From: a virus
Strand: one strand, 5' to 3'
Length of the DNA stretch: 64,000 nucleotides
Virus record (IMG/VR): IMGVR_UViG_3300024259_001888
Coordinates: 20,336-84,335 of that record
The notes beneath the pieces were generated by a model that was given only the letters and a program-made list of their open reading frames with translations, was not told the origin of the DNA and did no database searches. Positions 28,301-36,700 of the stretch are shown here, in pieces (position 1 is the stretch's first letter; each line of letters begins with the position of its first letter). The position numbers and the translations under genes are program-made.

Positions 28301-29892
28301 GACGAAGAAAGGGGGTTCGAATAGGAAAGGCTAGAACTCGACGAAGAACTGCTTGAATTTGAACTACTAGAAAGACTAGAACTACTAGAGCTTAAAGAAG
28401 AAGAACTTGAAGAACTTAAGCTGAAACTCAAAGAACTTGATGAAGAACTGACTGAAACAGAAGAAGAACTTCTTGACGAAGAACTGGAAGAAGAACTTCT
28501 TGACGAAGAACTAGAAGATGATAAACTTGAGGAAGAGCTTGAAACAGAATACTGCGAAGAACTTGAAGAACTTAAACTCACACTTAAAGAACTCGAAGAA
28601 CTTCCAGTAGTAAAGAGTAATGTTCCAGCTAAATTCGTTTGGCCTCTAAATGTGCCAACATAAAAACAATTAAGGACAACATCTATTCCTGAAGCAATAT
28701 TGATATCAAATTTAAAATATCCAGTTGTAGTATCAGATACTCCTTCTCCATAGATTGTTGATCCATCAACTGAAGAAGCAATAACTCTACATTTTTTTCT
28801 TACAATTTCTCCTCTCCAATCTTTAATTATTCCCCATATAGAACTGGAAGTATATATTTCAATATCCAGTTGTAAATTAGCTCCTTTTAAGCTTTGGCTA
28901 ATGGAAGAACTTGAACTTAAGCTTAAACTTGACATACTCGAAGAACTAAATGAAAGGCTCGAAGAGCTTGAAGAGCTACTGGAAATAGAAGCTGAAAGTA
29001 TGCTCGATGATGAACTCGAAGAAGAAGATAGAGAACTTGAAGAATAACTTAAACTTGAAGAAGAACTTAAAGAGCTTGAACTAGAAAGCGAACTTGAAGA
29101 GCTTGAAGAGCTTGAAAATATAGACGAACTAGAAGATGAACTCGAACTCAAAGAAAAACTAGAAGAAGAAGAACTTGAACTGCTTGTTACCGCATAAGTT
29201 CCGGCTCTAATTTGATCAATTTCTGCAGTTGTAAGAATGTCTTTAAAAACAACTACTTCATCTATAAAGCCATCAAAGGGATTAGCAAAAGTTGAGGCTA
29301 AAGCGCCAATGGTGAAAGGTCCGTCTTCAACATTAATATTATTTGTAGCCGTGCCACTTGTGTCCACAACCTTACTTCCGGCGGTATCATCCCATACTAC
29401 AAACTGCCAGGATTTATCAGAATCTTGAAACGTAAGCCCGAAATGATACCATCTTCCAGTTACCGGAGTTCCAGCATTATATAATGCTTCATAACTTGCT
29501 CCGCCATTATACCCTATCCCAACTTGAAAAGAAGAAGAAGAAACAGAAAATTGCAGTGTTCTTTTGTCGCCTGTATCGTATTTTCCAAAAACAGAACCCT
29601 CTGCGGATAAACTTTCACTTTTAAACCAACCGCACACGCTAATTTTCTTATTCGTATCACCATTTTTAAGTGGAAAATTACTATCAAGATCTGCATCTGT
29701 AATAGAAAAACATTCGGTATCACCGCTTTCAAGATCAGCACAAGCCGATCCCTCTTTATAGTCAGATGTTTCCGTGCCAACAGTGTTATTGTCTGTGAGC
29801 GTATTTGCTCCTTGAGAATCAGTAGTTAATGCTCCAGATTCAAATCTCCAAAGAGCAACACAATCACTATCACCTGAAAAATCATTAGCCAT
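25330..29892 (-). CDS. 1520-aa mucin-like tail/fibre protein: LamG, DNRLRE-like, F5/8-like and SPRY-like domains separated by poly-Ser tracts
   Basis: LamG (ALWRFE...WYHFG...FDGFIDEVVVF), DLGSAQAISK...ARYFKI (discoidin-like), GQWYWEVT...IGIAYN..GKIWF...NFG.TDF.YPIP.GY (SPRY-like), and four Ser tracts. Confidence 0.8.
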   Translation of the reverse strand: MANDFSGDSDCVALWRFESGALTTDSQGANTLTDNNTVGTETSDYKEGSACADLESGDTECFSITDADLDSNFPLKNGDTNKKISVCGWFKSESLSAEGSVFGKYDTGDKRTLQFSVSSSSFQVGIGYNGGASYEALYNAGTPVTGRWYHFGLTFQDSDKSWQFVVWDDTAGSKVVDTSGTATNNINVEDGPFTIGALASTFANPFDGFIDEVVVFKDILTTAEIDQIRAGTYAVTSSSSSSSSSFSLSSSSSSSSSIFSSSSSSSSSLSSSSSLSSSSSLSYSSSSLSSSSSSSSSILSASISSSSSSSSSLSFSSSSMSSLSLSSSSSISQSLKGANLQLDIEIYTSSSIWGIIKDWRGEIVRKKCRVIASSVDGSTIYGEGVSDTTTGYFKFDINIASGIDVVLNCFYVGTFRGQTNLAGTLLFTTGSSSSSLSVSLSSSSSSQYSVSSSSSSLSSSSSSSRSSSSSSSSRSSSSVSVSSSSSSLSFSLSSSSSSSLSSSSSSLSSSSNSSSSSSSSSLSYSNPLSSSSSSSSILSVSNSSSSSSSSSESNSSSSSSSFSSSSTSSSSSSSSLSVSSSSVSSSSVSVSSSRSSSSSSSYRSYSSSSSSILSVSSSSESNSSSSSSLSSSESSSSSSSSISSSSQSYSLSTCAVDNFLRVYPEINDYATVAKIPPVVGLPPDPWQIVSVNSLRVGMDDSYVYGYYLKFPEVAIQKRTHLVSATLHLTTKQNESDDLLISATRIYGHDIGDSNVPVGPWYAYDPIVPRTSIYAPFRGTLGDEDVTTAIDVTDIVQEIINGADWVENNALGMIHYYPYDYDVFNEDIYKPSEVEINYRPRLDIWFCPDSYSSSSSSSISSSSSSNSVSISISSSSSSVESISSSSSSSSSRSSNSSSSSSSLSQFYYGIAEPATGLYLEPDTAPYTGTTLSAAPTVIDNIFNLHPGGTLWESDFSYGVDLGSAQAISKLTFYAEINEGSGWYNSDYGSVTVYSSNDNSTWSLVQAYVQPAWQWMNGWGMSVDLIFSEVTARYFKIVNVGAYELFTNYPYDNGPVGQVYAYGTGSGVDPNKHIGSYTYITMNPSDAHANISFSNGELTLTSNTASIGAARGKYPIPSEGQWYWEVTLEAAGTAANALHGDCYGVGTLATSLSQRLGDVAGGWSLNAYGYLHKEGVIDPGGQHVMRHLEYAGTYNPVIGIAYNSSTGKIWFKYKVWGGINFAPGDPTAGTGAHIEGISGEVYPMVSMFADYETIMTLNFGGTDFEYPIPDGYQVLEESFSSSSKSSSSKSSSSTSVSSSSTSVSSSSKSSSSLSHSCSRSSSSSSSISYSSSSSRSISFSSSRSSSSSSFSALAYASGQGTYYAGTYGYWDDFGGIYRQSAPRLGEQNWPHTYHAYLEVGGTGIPEDATIISASLSFSSTFFYGSSVGATVKGVDPGNPIPPGSVGQANGYLVSGLGSAGTTITGTGSYIVDVTSVVQAIANDSQHRDYKGIKMVIQSSGGLGNLTHLSSSLSLYVNWEKWG
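25850..29185 (-). repeat. Four low-complexity poly-serine coding tracts (~25850-26070, ~27185-27350, ~27945-28605, ~28880-29185)
   Basis: Degenerate GAAGAACTT/GAAGAGCTT-type units on the plus strand; some exact 15-21-nt tandem duplications (e.g. GAAGAACTCGATACAGAAGTT x2 near 25979-26020). Confidence 0.9.
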
Positions 29893-29904
29893 AATAACAC
29901 CCTA

Positions 29905-30324
29905 TTAACTGACTCCCAATTTCCATCCAGAAGTTGTAGTTCTCCCAATACCTTCTTTGCCAAATGGAAAGGTTCTTGAAGTAATATCGCCAACCCTGTA
30001 CTTGTTACCTCCGACAGACACCATTGTGACCCGGTAAGACGTCACAATGCCATCTCTACAACCAAGTCCATATATGTGGACCAATATAGCCTTGCTGACA
30101 TTTAACGGCTTCTTTACGCCCACAAAAAAGTTGTATCTTTCATACCCTTCAAGAATGATTCTATCTCCACTGGGAAGAAACAATTCAAGGGCCATAATTC
30201 CTTCCGGACACTTGTTCCATCCTGGATACTCGAATGGGCCACCATCAACAGTAGACCCATCCTCTAAATGCACACGATAAATCATTTGATAGTCAACTCT
30301 ATGTTCATGCGTTTGCTTTATCAT
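29905..30324 (-). CDS. Hypothetical tail-region protein
   Basis: ATG at 30324 has an AAGGAAAG RBS. The longer track ORF (to 30477) runs through an endonuclease remnant and an RNA element. Confidence 0.6.
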   Translation of the reverse strand: MIKQTHEHRVDYQMIYRVHLEDGSTVDGGPFEYPGWNKCPEGIMALELFLPSGDRIILEGYERYNFFVGVKKPLNVSKAILVHIYGLGCRDGIVTSYRVTMVSVGGNKYRVGDITSRTFPFGKEGIGRTTTSGWKLGVS

Positions 30325-30405
30325 AATTGACTTTCCTTTTTTAAATAAAAATTTCGCCTTTTTTCTAGGATCTAAATAGGCATAAACATAAAATTTTTTT
30401 ATCAT
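30325..30405 (-). pseudogene. Truncated GIY-YIG-like endonuclease remnant
   Basis: MIKKFYVYAYLDPRKK matches the N-terminus of 58403-59086 (VYVYLDPRKS). Only ~27 codons remain, in frame with the downstream gene. Confidence 0.65.
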
Positions 30406-30440
30406 TTCTTTATCCTTTCTTGAAAAGGATCTCGATATTT

Positions 30441-30510
30441 TTTTTGTGGCAGGAAAGTCAAGAATCTTTCTTTTCAATTTAGATAGCTAATCTAAATCTA
30501 GCCACAAAAA
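30441..30510 (-). ncRNA. Structured cis-RNA element, copy D, 5' of the endonuclease remnant
   Basis: TTTTTGTGGC-TA-GATTTAGAT(TAGCT)ATCTAAATT-GAAAA-GAAAG(ATTCTTGA)CTTTC-CT-GCCACAAAAA. The loop is complementary to downstream TCGAGA and TCAAGAA. Confidence 0.7.
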
Positions 30511-30513
30511 CTG

Positions 30514-31152
30514 TCAATTGTAAGTTAAGTAGATACATAATACCGGATTCGCAGCAAACGGACTTGCTGTACTCGGCACAACCATCCTCATGTTCCAGTA
30601 AATCATTTTCGAAGAAGTTACTGGCCCATCATCTAATGCAATAGAATTATCACCTCCATCTCCCGCAAGAGGAGTTCCTTCCCATTCTACTCCAGGAGCT
30701 CCATCAGTTGTGGCAATAGCTTTAATCATGGAATTTGCCGGAGTGCCATTACCTAAAACTTCCAATGTATATGTGGAAACTGCTGTTGAATCCCAAGCCT
30801 GAAGGACAGGAGCGCTATTTGAAGTTCCATCAATGTACGCCCCATATGCATACTGATAATTTCCCCCAGAGCCATCGTCCAAATCAGAGCCGGCAAGATA
30901 TACACGCCTCCAAACACCTTCTGCATATCGATTGATACAATGCTTTGGAACTTCAACACTGCCTGATTCAGGAATTTTAAATAATCCCCTAGAAGCATTA
31001 CTGTCTCCATCATACACAGTTGAATTCAAGAAAGAAATGCGATCGTTAACGGAATCAAGAGGCTCCCAATTATCATCCCCATCAGCCGCTCCACTGTTGA
31101 CTAAATCATTCCTTGAATTATTATACAAAATTGTTACATTTGGAGCTGGCAT
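30514..31152 (-). CDS. Putative tail protein
   Basis: Beta-rich; GAGGAGG RBS; tail context. Confidence 0.6.
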   Translation of the reverse strand: MPAPNVTILYNNSRNDLVNSGAADGDDNWEPLDSVNDRISFLNSTVYDGDSNASRGLFKIPESGSVEVPKHCINRYAEGVWRRVYLAGSDLDDGSGGNYQYAYGAYIDGTSNSAPVLQAWDSTAVSTYTLEVLGNGTPANSMIKAIATTDGAPGVEWEGTPLAGDGGDNSIALDDGPVTSSKMIYWNMRMVVPSTASPFAANPVLCIYLTYN

Positions 31153-31164
31153 GATTCCTCCTCA

Positions 31165-32148
31165 TTAAGCCCCTTCAACATACATTTTAAAGCCGACAGA
31201 ATTACTGGATTTTGCAGCCGTACTTGCAGGAACAACTTCTTTTGACCACCATCCAGCAGAACTGTGAGTAGTAGTAAAAGTCACTGTTTCTCCAATAGCC
31301 CATGTTCCACCCCATCCAGCAGAACGAATAAGGAAGTAATAAACTCCCCCACCTGCATTAGCGTTAATCGGAGAGAAGTTTGAAGCAGTAGACCCAGAAC
31401 CTACTGAGCCTGTGTTCGTTCCAGAAACAGTGAACGTGGTTGCAGCTGTAAATGTCAACGTCCATGTATCACTGACTGTACCTGGGTTATTGACTTCAAC
31501 AGGATATGTGGCTTCATCGTATGTTCCAGTAGCGGTTGTTTCAGCCCATGCGCTTGTGGCAGCAATCAAACTTCCCAAATCAACAACGCCGGAAACAACA
31601 GAATTTTGACCAGAAGGATATGTGCTTCTTGCTCCAGTTGTTGTGACAATGGTAGCTGTGTTTCCAAGCCAAGAAACTCCACCAGAAGACTTGACAGTGA
31701 GAAATTCTTCCCCACCACTGCTGTCTGTAACTCTGATCATAGAACCATCATAGACGCCGTCATTGTTGTCGAAGATAGCATCAAATGTGGTAGCGTCAGT
31801 AGCCAATGCTCCATCGAGATATCCAGAACCAAGCCACTCTGTGTAATCATCAGCTTCAGCTTGGGTGTCTGTATCTGTTCCAGCTTTAATGCGAAAATAA
31901 TCTTCACCTGTTGACCTGGAAGCAATCCATACCCGACTGTTGGTTGCCGTTTCATCAGCAGCATTTTTGTTTCTAAAGAAAAACTTTCGATACTTCGTCA
32001 CACCGGCAGTCCTGTCTGTCTGAGAAACGTTCGCAAACATATTGTTCAAAACATTGCTTGTGACCTGAGTATAACTCTGGCGTCCCCCATTAGCATCTGC
32101 ATCACTTATCGTGACACTCTTCATTAACACAAGATCAGTTGATTCCAC
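31165..32148 (-). CDS. Tail-tip protein
   Basis: 'DANGGR...NNMF.NVS..DR.AG.TKYRK.F.RN' N-domain seen in phage tail proteins; GTG start with GGAGGTG RBS. Confidence 0.7.
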   Translation of the reverse strand: MESTDLVLMKSVTISDADANGGRQSYTQVTSNVLNNMFANVSQTDRTAGVTKYRKFFFRNKNAADETATNSRVWIASRSTGEDYFRIKAGTDTDTQAEADDYTEWLGSGYLDGALATDATTFDAIFDNNDGVYDGSMIRVTDSSGGEEFLTVKSSGGVSWLGNTATIVTTTGARSTYPSGQNSVVSGVVDLGSLIAATSAWAETTATGTYDEATYPVEVNNPGTVSDTWTLTFTAATTFTVSGTNTGSVGSGSTASNFSPINANAGGGVYYFLIRSAGWGGTWAIGETVTFTTTHSSAGWWSKEVVPASTAAKSSNSVGFKMYVEGA

Positions 32149-32165
32149 AATTTCACCTCCTAGGG

Positions 32166-32588
32166 TTAAGTTTCTTCTGCGATTAATTTAAACTGAACAA
32201 TGTTATTGCCGTAAGTTTGAACATAATCTAAGACCAAGATTTTATACACAGGTATATAAAGAGTTACAAGTTCAGAATCAATAGTCTCACTGCCTAAATC
32301 TTCTTGAATAACTCTTGTGGCAGTGCCTTTCTCAGCAATTGGAATATAATCAATGAAATCAATCACCTTCCTTAAGACAGTGCGTTTTTTTATTTCTTCT
32401 ACTTGTGATTGTGTTAAGCCATTTATTTCAATCTTAAGTTTCTTACCATTAATATCAACATCAACAATACCACCATTAATGGTTCGCTTAACAGTCCCAT
32501 ATCGCTCAAAGTCATGAACATATGAAGCTGGATTAACTTCGAGTGTCAAATCTGAAATTGTCAAATTTGTAAGGTATTGTTCTGCCAT
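32166..32588 (-). CDS. Distal tail (Dit-like) protein
   Basis: 'L.VNP.SY......KRTINGG' pattern; lies just downstream of the tape measure gene. Confidence 0.55.
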   Translation of the reverse strand: MAEQYLTNLTISDLTLEVNPASYVHDFERYGTVKRTINGGIVDVDINGKKLKIEINGLTQSQVEEIKKRTVLRKVIDFIDYIPIAEKGTATRVIQEDLGSETIDSELVTLYIPVYKILVLDYVQTYGNNIVQFKLIAEET

Positions 32589-32597
32589 TAGAAGCCC

Positions 32598-33767
32598 CTA
32601 ACTTTGAATCATCATAAAGAACTTATCAGGGCCATAAGAATAAAATGGCACTGAGTCCGTAATTAAATCATCATCCCTTAACACATGAAGCATAGTTCCG
32701 TATCGTATGTTGTTAAACGAAAAAACATAGGCATTATCAAACTGGCGACCATTGGTCATTGTAACGGAAAGATTCTGTAGTGTATCTCCGATATATTTAT
32801 TGTATGCCACCAAACTTTCTTCTACCAGGCTGAATTGCCCATAAGAAGCAAAGTTCTGCATAAAAATTCTTTGAGGTGTACTGTCCAAAAATTTACTTGG
32901 AGATATGTTAAGAGTGTTCGAGGCCTGAAAATAAATCTTTTCTATATCGAGCCACGAATTCATTGAATAACAATTAATGTCCATTGGACTTAATAATGCA
33001 TTTGAATCAACAGTAGTGGACGGAGAAGCCAATTCAATGACATCAGTATTAATTGCTGACATCTGAAACGAAGAAGTTATTTTGTTTTCCTGAGGAATCC
33101 CATTAAATACAAAGTCAGAAAATGTAACCCCGTTAAATTTGAAATAATCTCCTGATCGGTTAATGAGCATGGTTAAACTTTCGGTAAGATAATAACAAAA
33201 GCCATCTCTATACCGATAAATAATGTCTATAGAATTTCCTCCACTAACCACAATGCCATACACCAAGTCCTGTGCAATGTGCGAGGACAGTGTGGTGCCT
33301 TCCTGCGCCCTCACAGATGCACTTACCACACCATTACTGATGGTTGTTATGTCGATATATTCCCCACCAACAATAATTCCATCTACATTATCAAATTCAC
33401 CGGCTTTAAATTCAGTGATGTTAAATGCAGTATCTGAGATACCAATATTCCCAGCAAGTTGTCCGGTAACAATCCTCCAATGCTCAGAGCTTTTAGCAAA
33501 TGCAAAATCTGTAAGCGTATCTTTCTTACCAATAAGAACTTCAAACAAAGTATTCCAGCCAGCGTTGCCATATGTCAACTCAGCACTGATACGACCACCA
33601 GAACTTTTCACCCTTGGAGTCCTGGACTTAGCGGTAGGGCTGTTAAATTCAGTATCCTTTATATAGTTGATATTAGTAATTATCTCTTCAGAAATCAAGT
33701 CAACAGTAAAGTCCTGAGTAGTAGCATCCATTCCAAATGAAGGTTCTTTTGAGAAAGTACAATACAT
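32598..33767 (-). CDS. Second tail-tube-like protein
   Basis: 'KEPSFG...SEEI...SSGGRISAEL' and 'SLTMLINR...F.F.G' parallel the tube protein at 42522-44504. Confidence 0.55.
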   Translation of the reverse strand: MYCTFSKEPSFGMDATTQDFTVDLISEEIITNINYIKDTEFNSPTAKSRTPRVKSSGGRISAELTYGNAGWNTLFEVLIGKKDTLTDFAFAKSSEHWRIVTGQLAGNIGISDTAFNITEFKAGEFDNVDGIIVGGEYIDITTISNGVVSASVRAQEGTTLSSHIAQDLVYGIVVSGGNSIDIIYRYRDGFCYYLTESLTMLINRSGDYFKFNGVTFSDFVFNGIPQENKITSSFQMSAINTDVIELASPSTTVDSNALLSPMDINCYSMNSWLDIEKIYFQASNTLNISPSKFLDSTPQRIFMQNFASYGQFSLVEESLVAYNKYIGDTLQNLSVTMTNGRQFDNAYVFSFNNIRYGTMLHVLRDDDLITDSVPFYSYGPDKFFMMIQS

Positions 33768-33769
33768 GA

Positions 33770-36700
33770 TTAGTGCAACCTTGTTAGCCTTTCTTGTTCA
33801 AGCTCTTCACGTAATCCCTTGATAACTGAAACTTCTCCAGTAACAGGGTACTCATTTCTTGATCCTTCTTTTTCAACAACAATGGTTAATGTACCGAAGC
33901 TCTGTTCTTTATCCTGCACTCCCACTGGAGGCGGTGTTGTAGATTGAGCATCAGCTTGGACCTCGCCTCCACTTTGAAAAGTTTGAGCTCCTTGATCAAC
34001 AGACCGTTCATATGCTTCCATGCCTTTTTTCGACAACACATAGGAGCCAGTAGGTAAATAAGTTGAAATTCGATCAACGCCTTTTGCCCCAACAAATGTT
34101 CCCATATTAGCTGGAACAGCAGATGTTGTGCCGCCATTATTTAATCTTGTTAATGCAGCTATATTTCTTTGAGCAACATCAGGAGGAATAAATCCTTCGC
34201 CATGTGTGACTCTTGCAGGAACATATCCGCCACTTGTAAATTTTTGAATTAATCCACCTCTGTAGCTTCCGGGAGCTTCATCTCCTGTGACTTTAATCTG
34301 AACTTCTTTGATTATTTTCTTTGCAAGATCCTGATTTAATTTTTTCGCTAAAGCTTGTGCTGCCACAATTTCTTTATCATCGACATTCTTCTTTACAGTT
34401 TTTTGAATATCATCATTTAATTTCAATATTTTTCCATCTACCTTTGTTGTGTTTGCATCAATTGACATTAATATAGGATCTTTTTCTTTTTCTAATTCTT
34501 TTCTCCAAAGCTCAAGCCTTTCTTTAGCTTTTTCAAGTTCTATTTTTGCCTGTATTTCTATTGCTGATTCTGGAGCTGCGGCTTTTCTCTTCCACTTTTC
34601 GAGATCCTTTTGCGCCCATTCATAAAGTAACCGAAGTTCTACATTGGCTGGATCTTTTTCTAATTCTTTTTTCAGCCTATCAACTCTTTCTTGCGCTTTT
34701 GTCACTTTTGCATCAATTTCCACTCTCGCTCTTGTATGTTCATTTACTTTTTCAGCCCATGCACTCACGTCTGCTTCCGCTTCTGCTATTGCTATTGCAA
34801 GACCAATTTTTATAAAATCTTTATTTTCAATACCATCTTTAAATTCCTTAATTTCTTTTCGAACTTTTTCAACATTAGTTTCTGTGGGAATAGTAATGGG
34901 AATTTCCTTTTGATCTTTTCTTAATACTTCAAGATCTCTATTGGCTTCATCAATTACTGCTTTCGTAGGAATTCCCACAGGAGAACCTTCTTCTTCTTTT
35001 TTTCTCCATTCATCCATTTGCGCTTGAATTTTTTCTGTATTCGTTTCTAGCCCAAGACTTACAATTTCTTCCTGAGTAGCATCTCTAAATTTTTCCACGG
35101 TGAATTTGGCTTTTTTTGTATTTGCCTCTATTTCAATTGGAGTATCTCCCATCTTCTGTTTAGCCTTCTTATCTACTTCAATCATTGTTGAAGTCATAGT
35201 AGAAAACTTAATTCCCGTTTCATCAACCTTAACCATTACATCTTTAAAAGTTCCAATAGTTTGTGTTCCATCAGTTTCAAACTTAACTTTTGTTTGAATT
35301 TGTCTTCGAACCTCCTTAACTGCTTCATTGATTTTTTCTACACCATCTTCAGTAGGCTTCGTATCTATAATTGGCTTACCATCAGTTTTTCTATGTAAAT
35401 CATCAACTGCTGTATTTACGTCCCTTAATACAAGCTCAGTCAATTCAAGAGCTCTATTCGCTTCTTCAGTTGTTCTTCTAAATTTATCTGCCGCTTCTTC
35501 AGCCCCTGCGAATTCAGAATTATCAACATCAATTTTAGGCTTTGCAGGCTCTCTTTTAAAAAAATCAAGAATGCTATTCCACCAGCGTTTAATTGCATTA
35601 TCTATTCTTTCATGTTGATCAAAAATTTTCTTTTCATCTATTTTAGGTACAATTTTTATAAATGTAAAATAATCAAGTAACTTCTGAAACCAGCTTTTAG
35701 ATTGAATCTCGATTTCTTGTCTTGCTTTTTCAAGTTCACTTTCAGTTCTCCTAATAGATTCAGTAACATCAATATCAATTTTCGTATAGAGAGGCTCTGA
35801 ATCCTTACCAATAGTTCTATCCATAATGGCTCTTGCTTCGGCTGTATTCTGATCTATATCTGGATACTGAACATCAACATCAACAGGAGGTGTAATGGCA
35901 TTTTCAATTATATCTCTTGCTCTTTGTGCTTCTTCAGGCAATCCTTTCAATCCAAGGCTGACAACCATTTGATTAATAAGAAGAACTAAATCAGCCAAAA
36001 GAATCTTAAGAGCTTCAAGTCCTGCTTGCTCTTCTTTCATTTGTTTTTCTTTCGCTGCAATTAAATCCATCGTAGTTTTTATCCTGATCTCTTCCACACC
36101 TTTTCTGTCGATAGCTAATTTGTTCAGTTTATTTTGAGCATCTATATCAGCCTCAGTTCTTTCTCTAATGGCTTGAGCAGAAGTTATCCTGTGTAAATCT
36201 TCTTCAATTTTAATTCTTTCCTTAATAGCATCTCTTTCAGCAAAGATAGCTTGTCTTGCAGCAGCCATGATTGTTAATTGTTCACCATATGCTGTTTTGG
36301 AAGCTTCCATCCCAGCAACACTTTTTCCATATGCTTGAGCTTCTTGCCCTTTAACTTTTATTTGTTCTTCAATTGCGCTTCTCTGTTTATACGTTTTTTC
36401 TATAATATCAGTCTGAACAAATAGCATCTCGTTCATTAACTTTCGCTGTTCCCTTGTCATCTTATTGCTTTTATCAGTAGCTGATGCAGCAGATGACATA
36501 GATATGGAAATTCCATCCATGCTTTTTCCAACCAAATGCATTGAAGCACTTGTATCTTCTCCTGATTTTTTTGCAGCCGAACCCAAATTAGCAAATTGAC
36601 TCTTTAAGTTGTTCATCCTATCTGAAGAATCTTGAATGGAAGTATTAAACTGGTCCATCTTATAACCATACAGATCATCCCTGAGGCCTTTAATCTCCTT

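Noticed and set aside
25850-29185. CRISPR-like or satellite array in the GAAGAACT-rich stretches
   Set aside because: No constant repeat with unique spacers. The periodicity is explained by in-frame serine codons.
16677-29892. Diversity-generating retroelement targeting tail proteins
   Set aside because: No reverse transcriptase in the window, and I saw no TR/VR pair differing only at adenines. This cannot be excluded outside the window.
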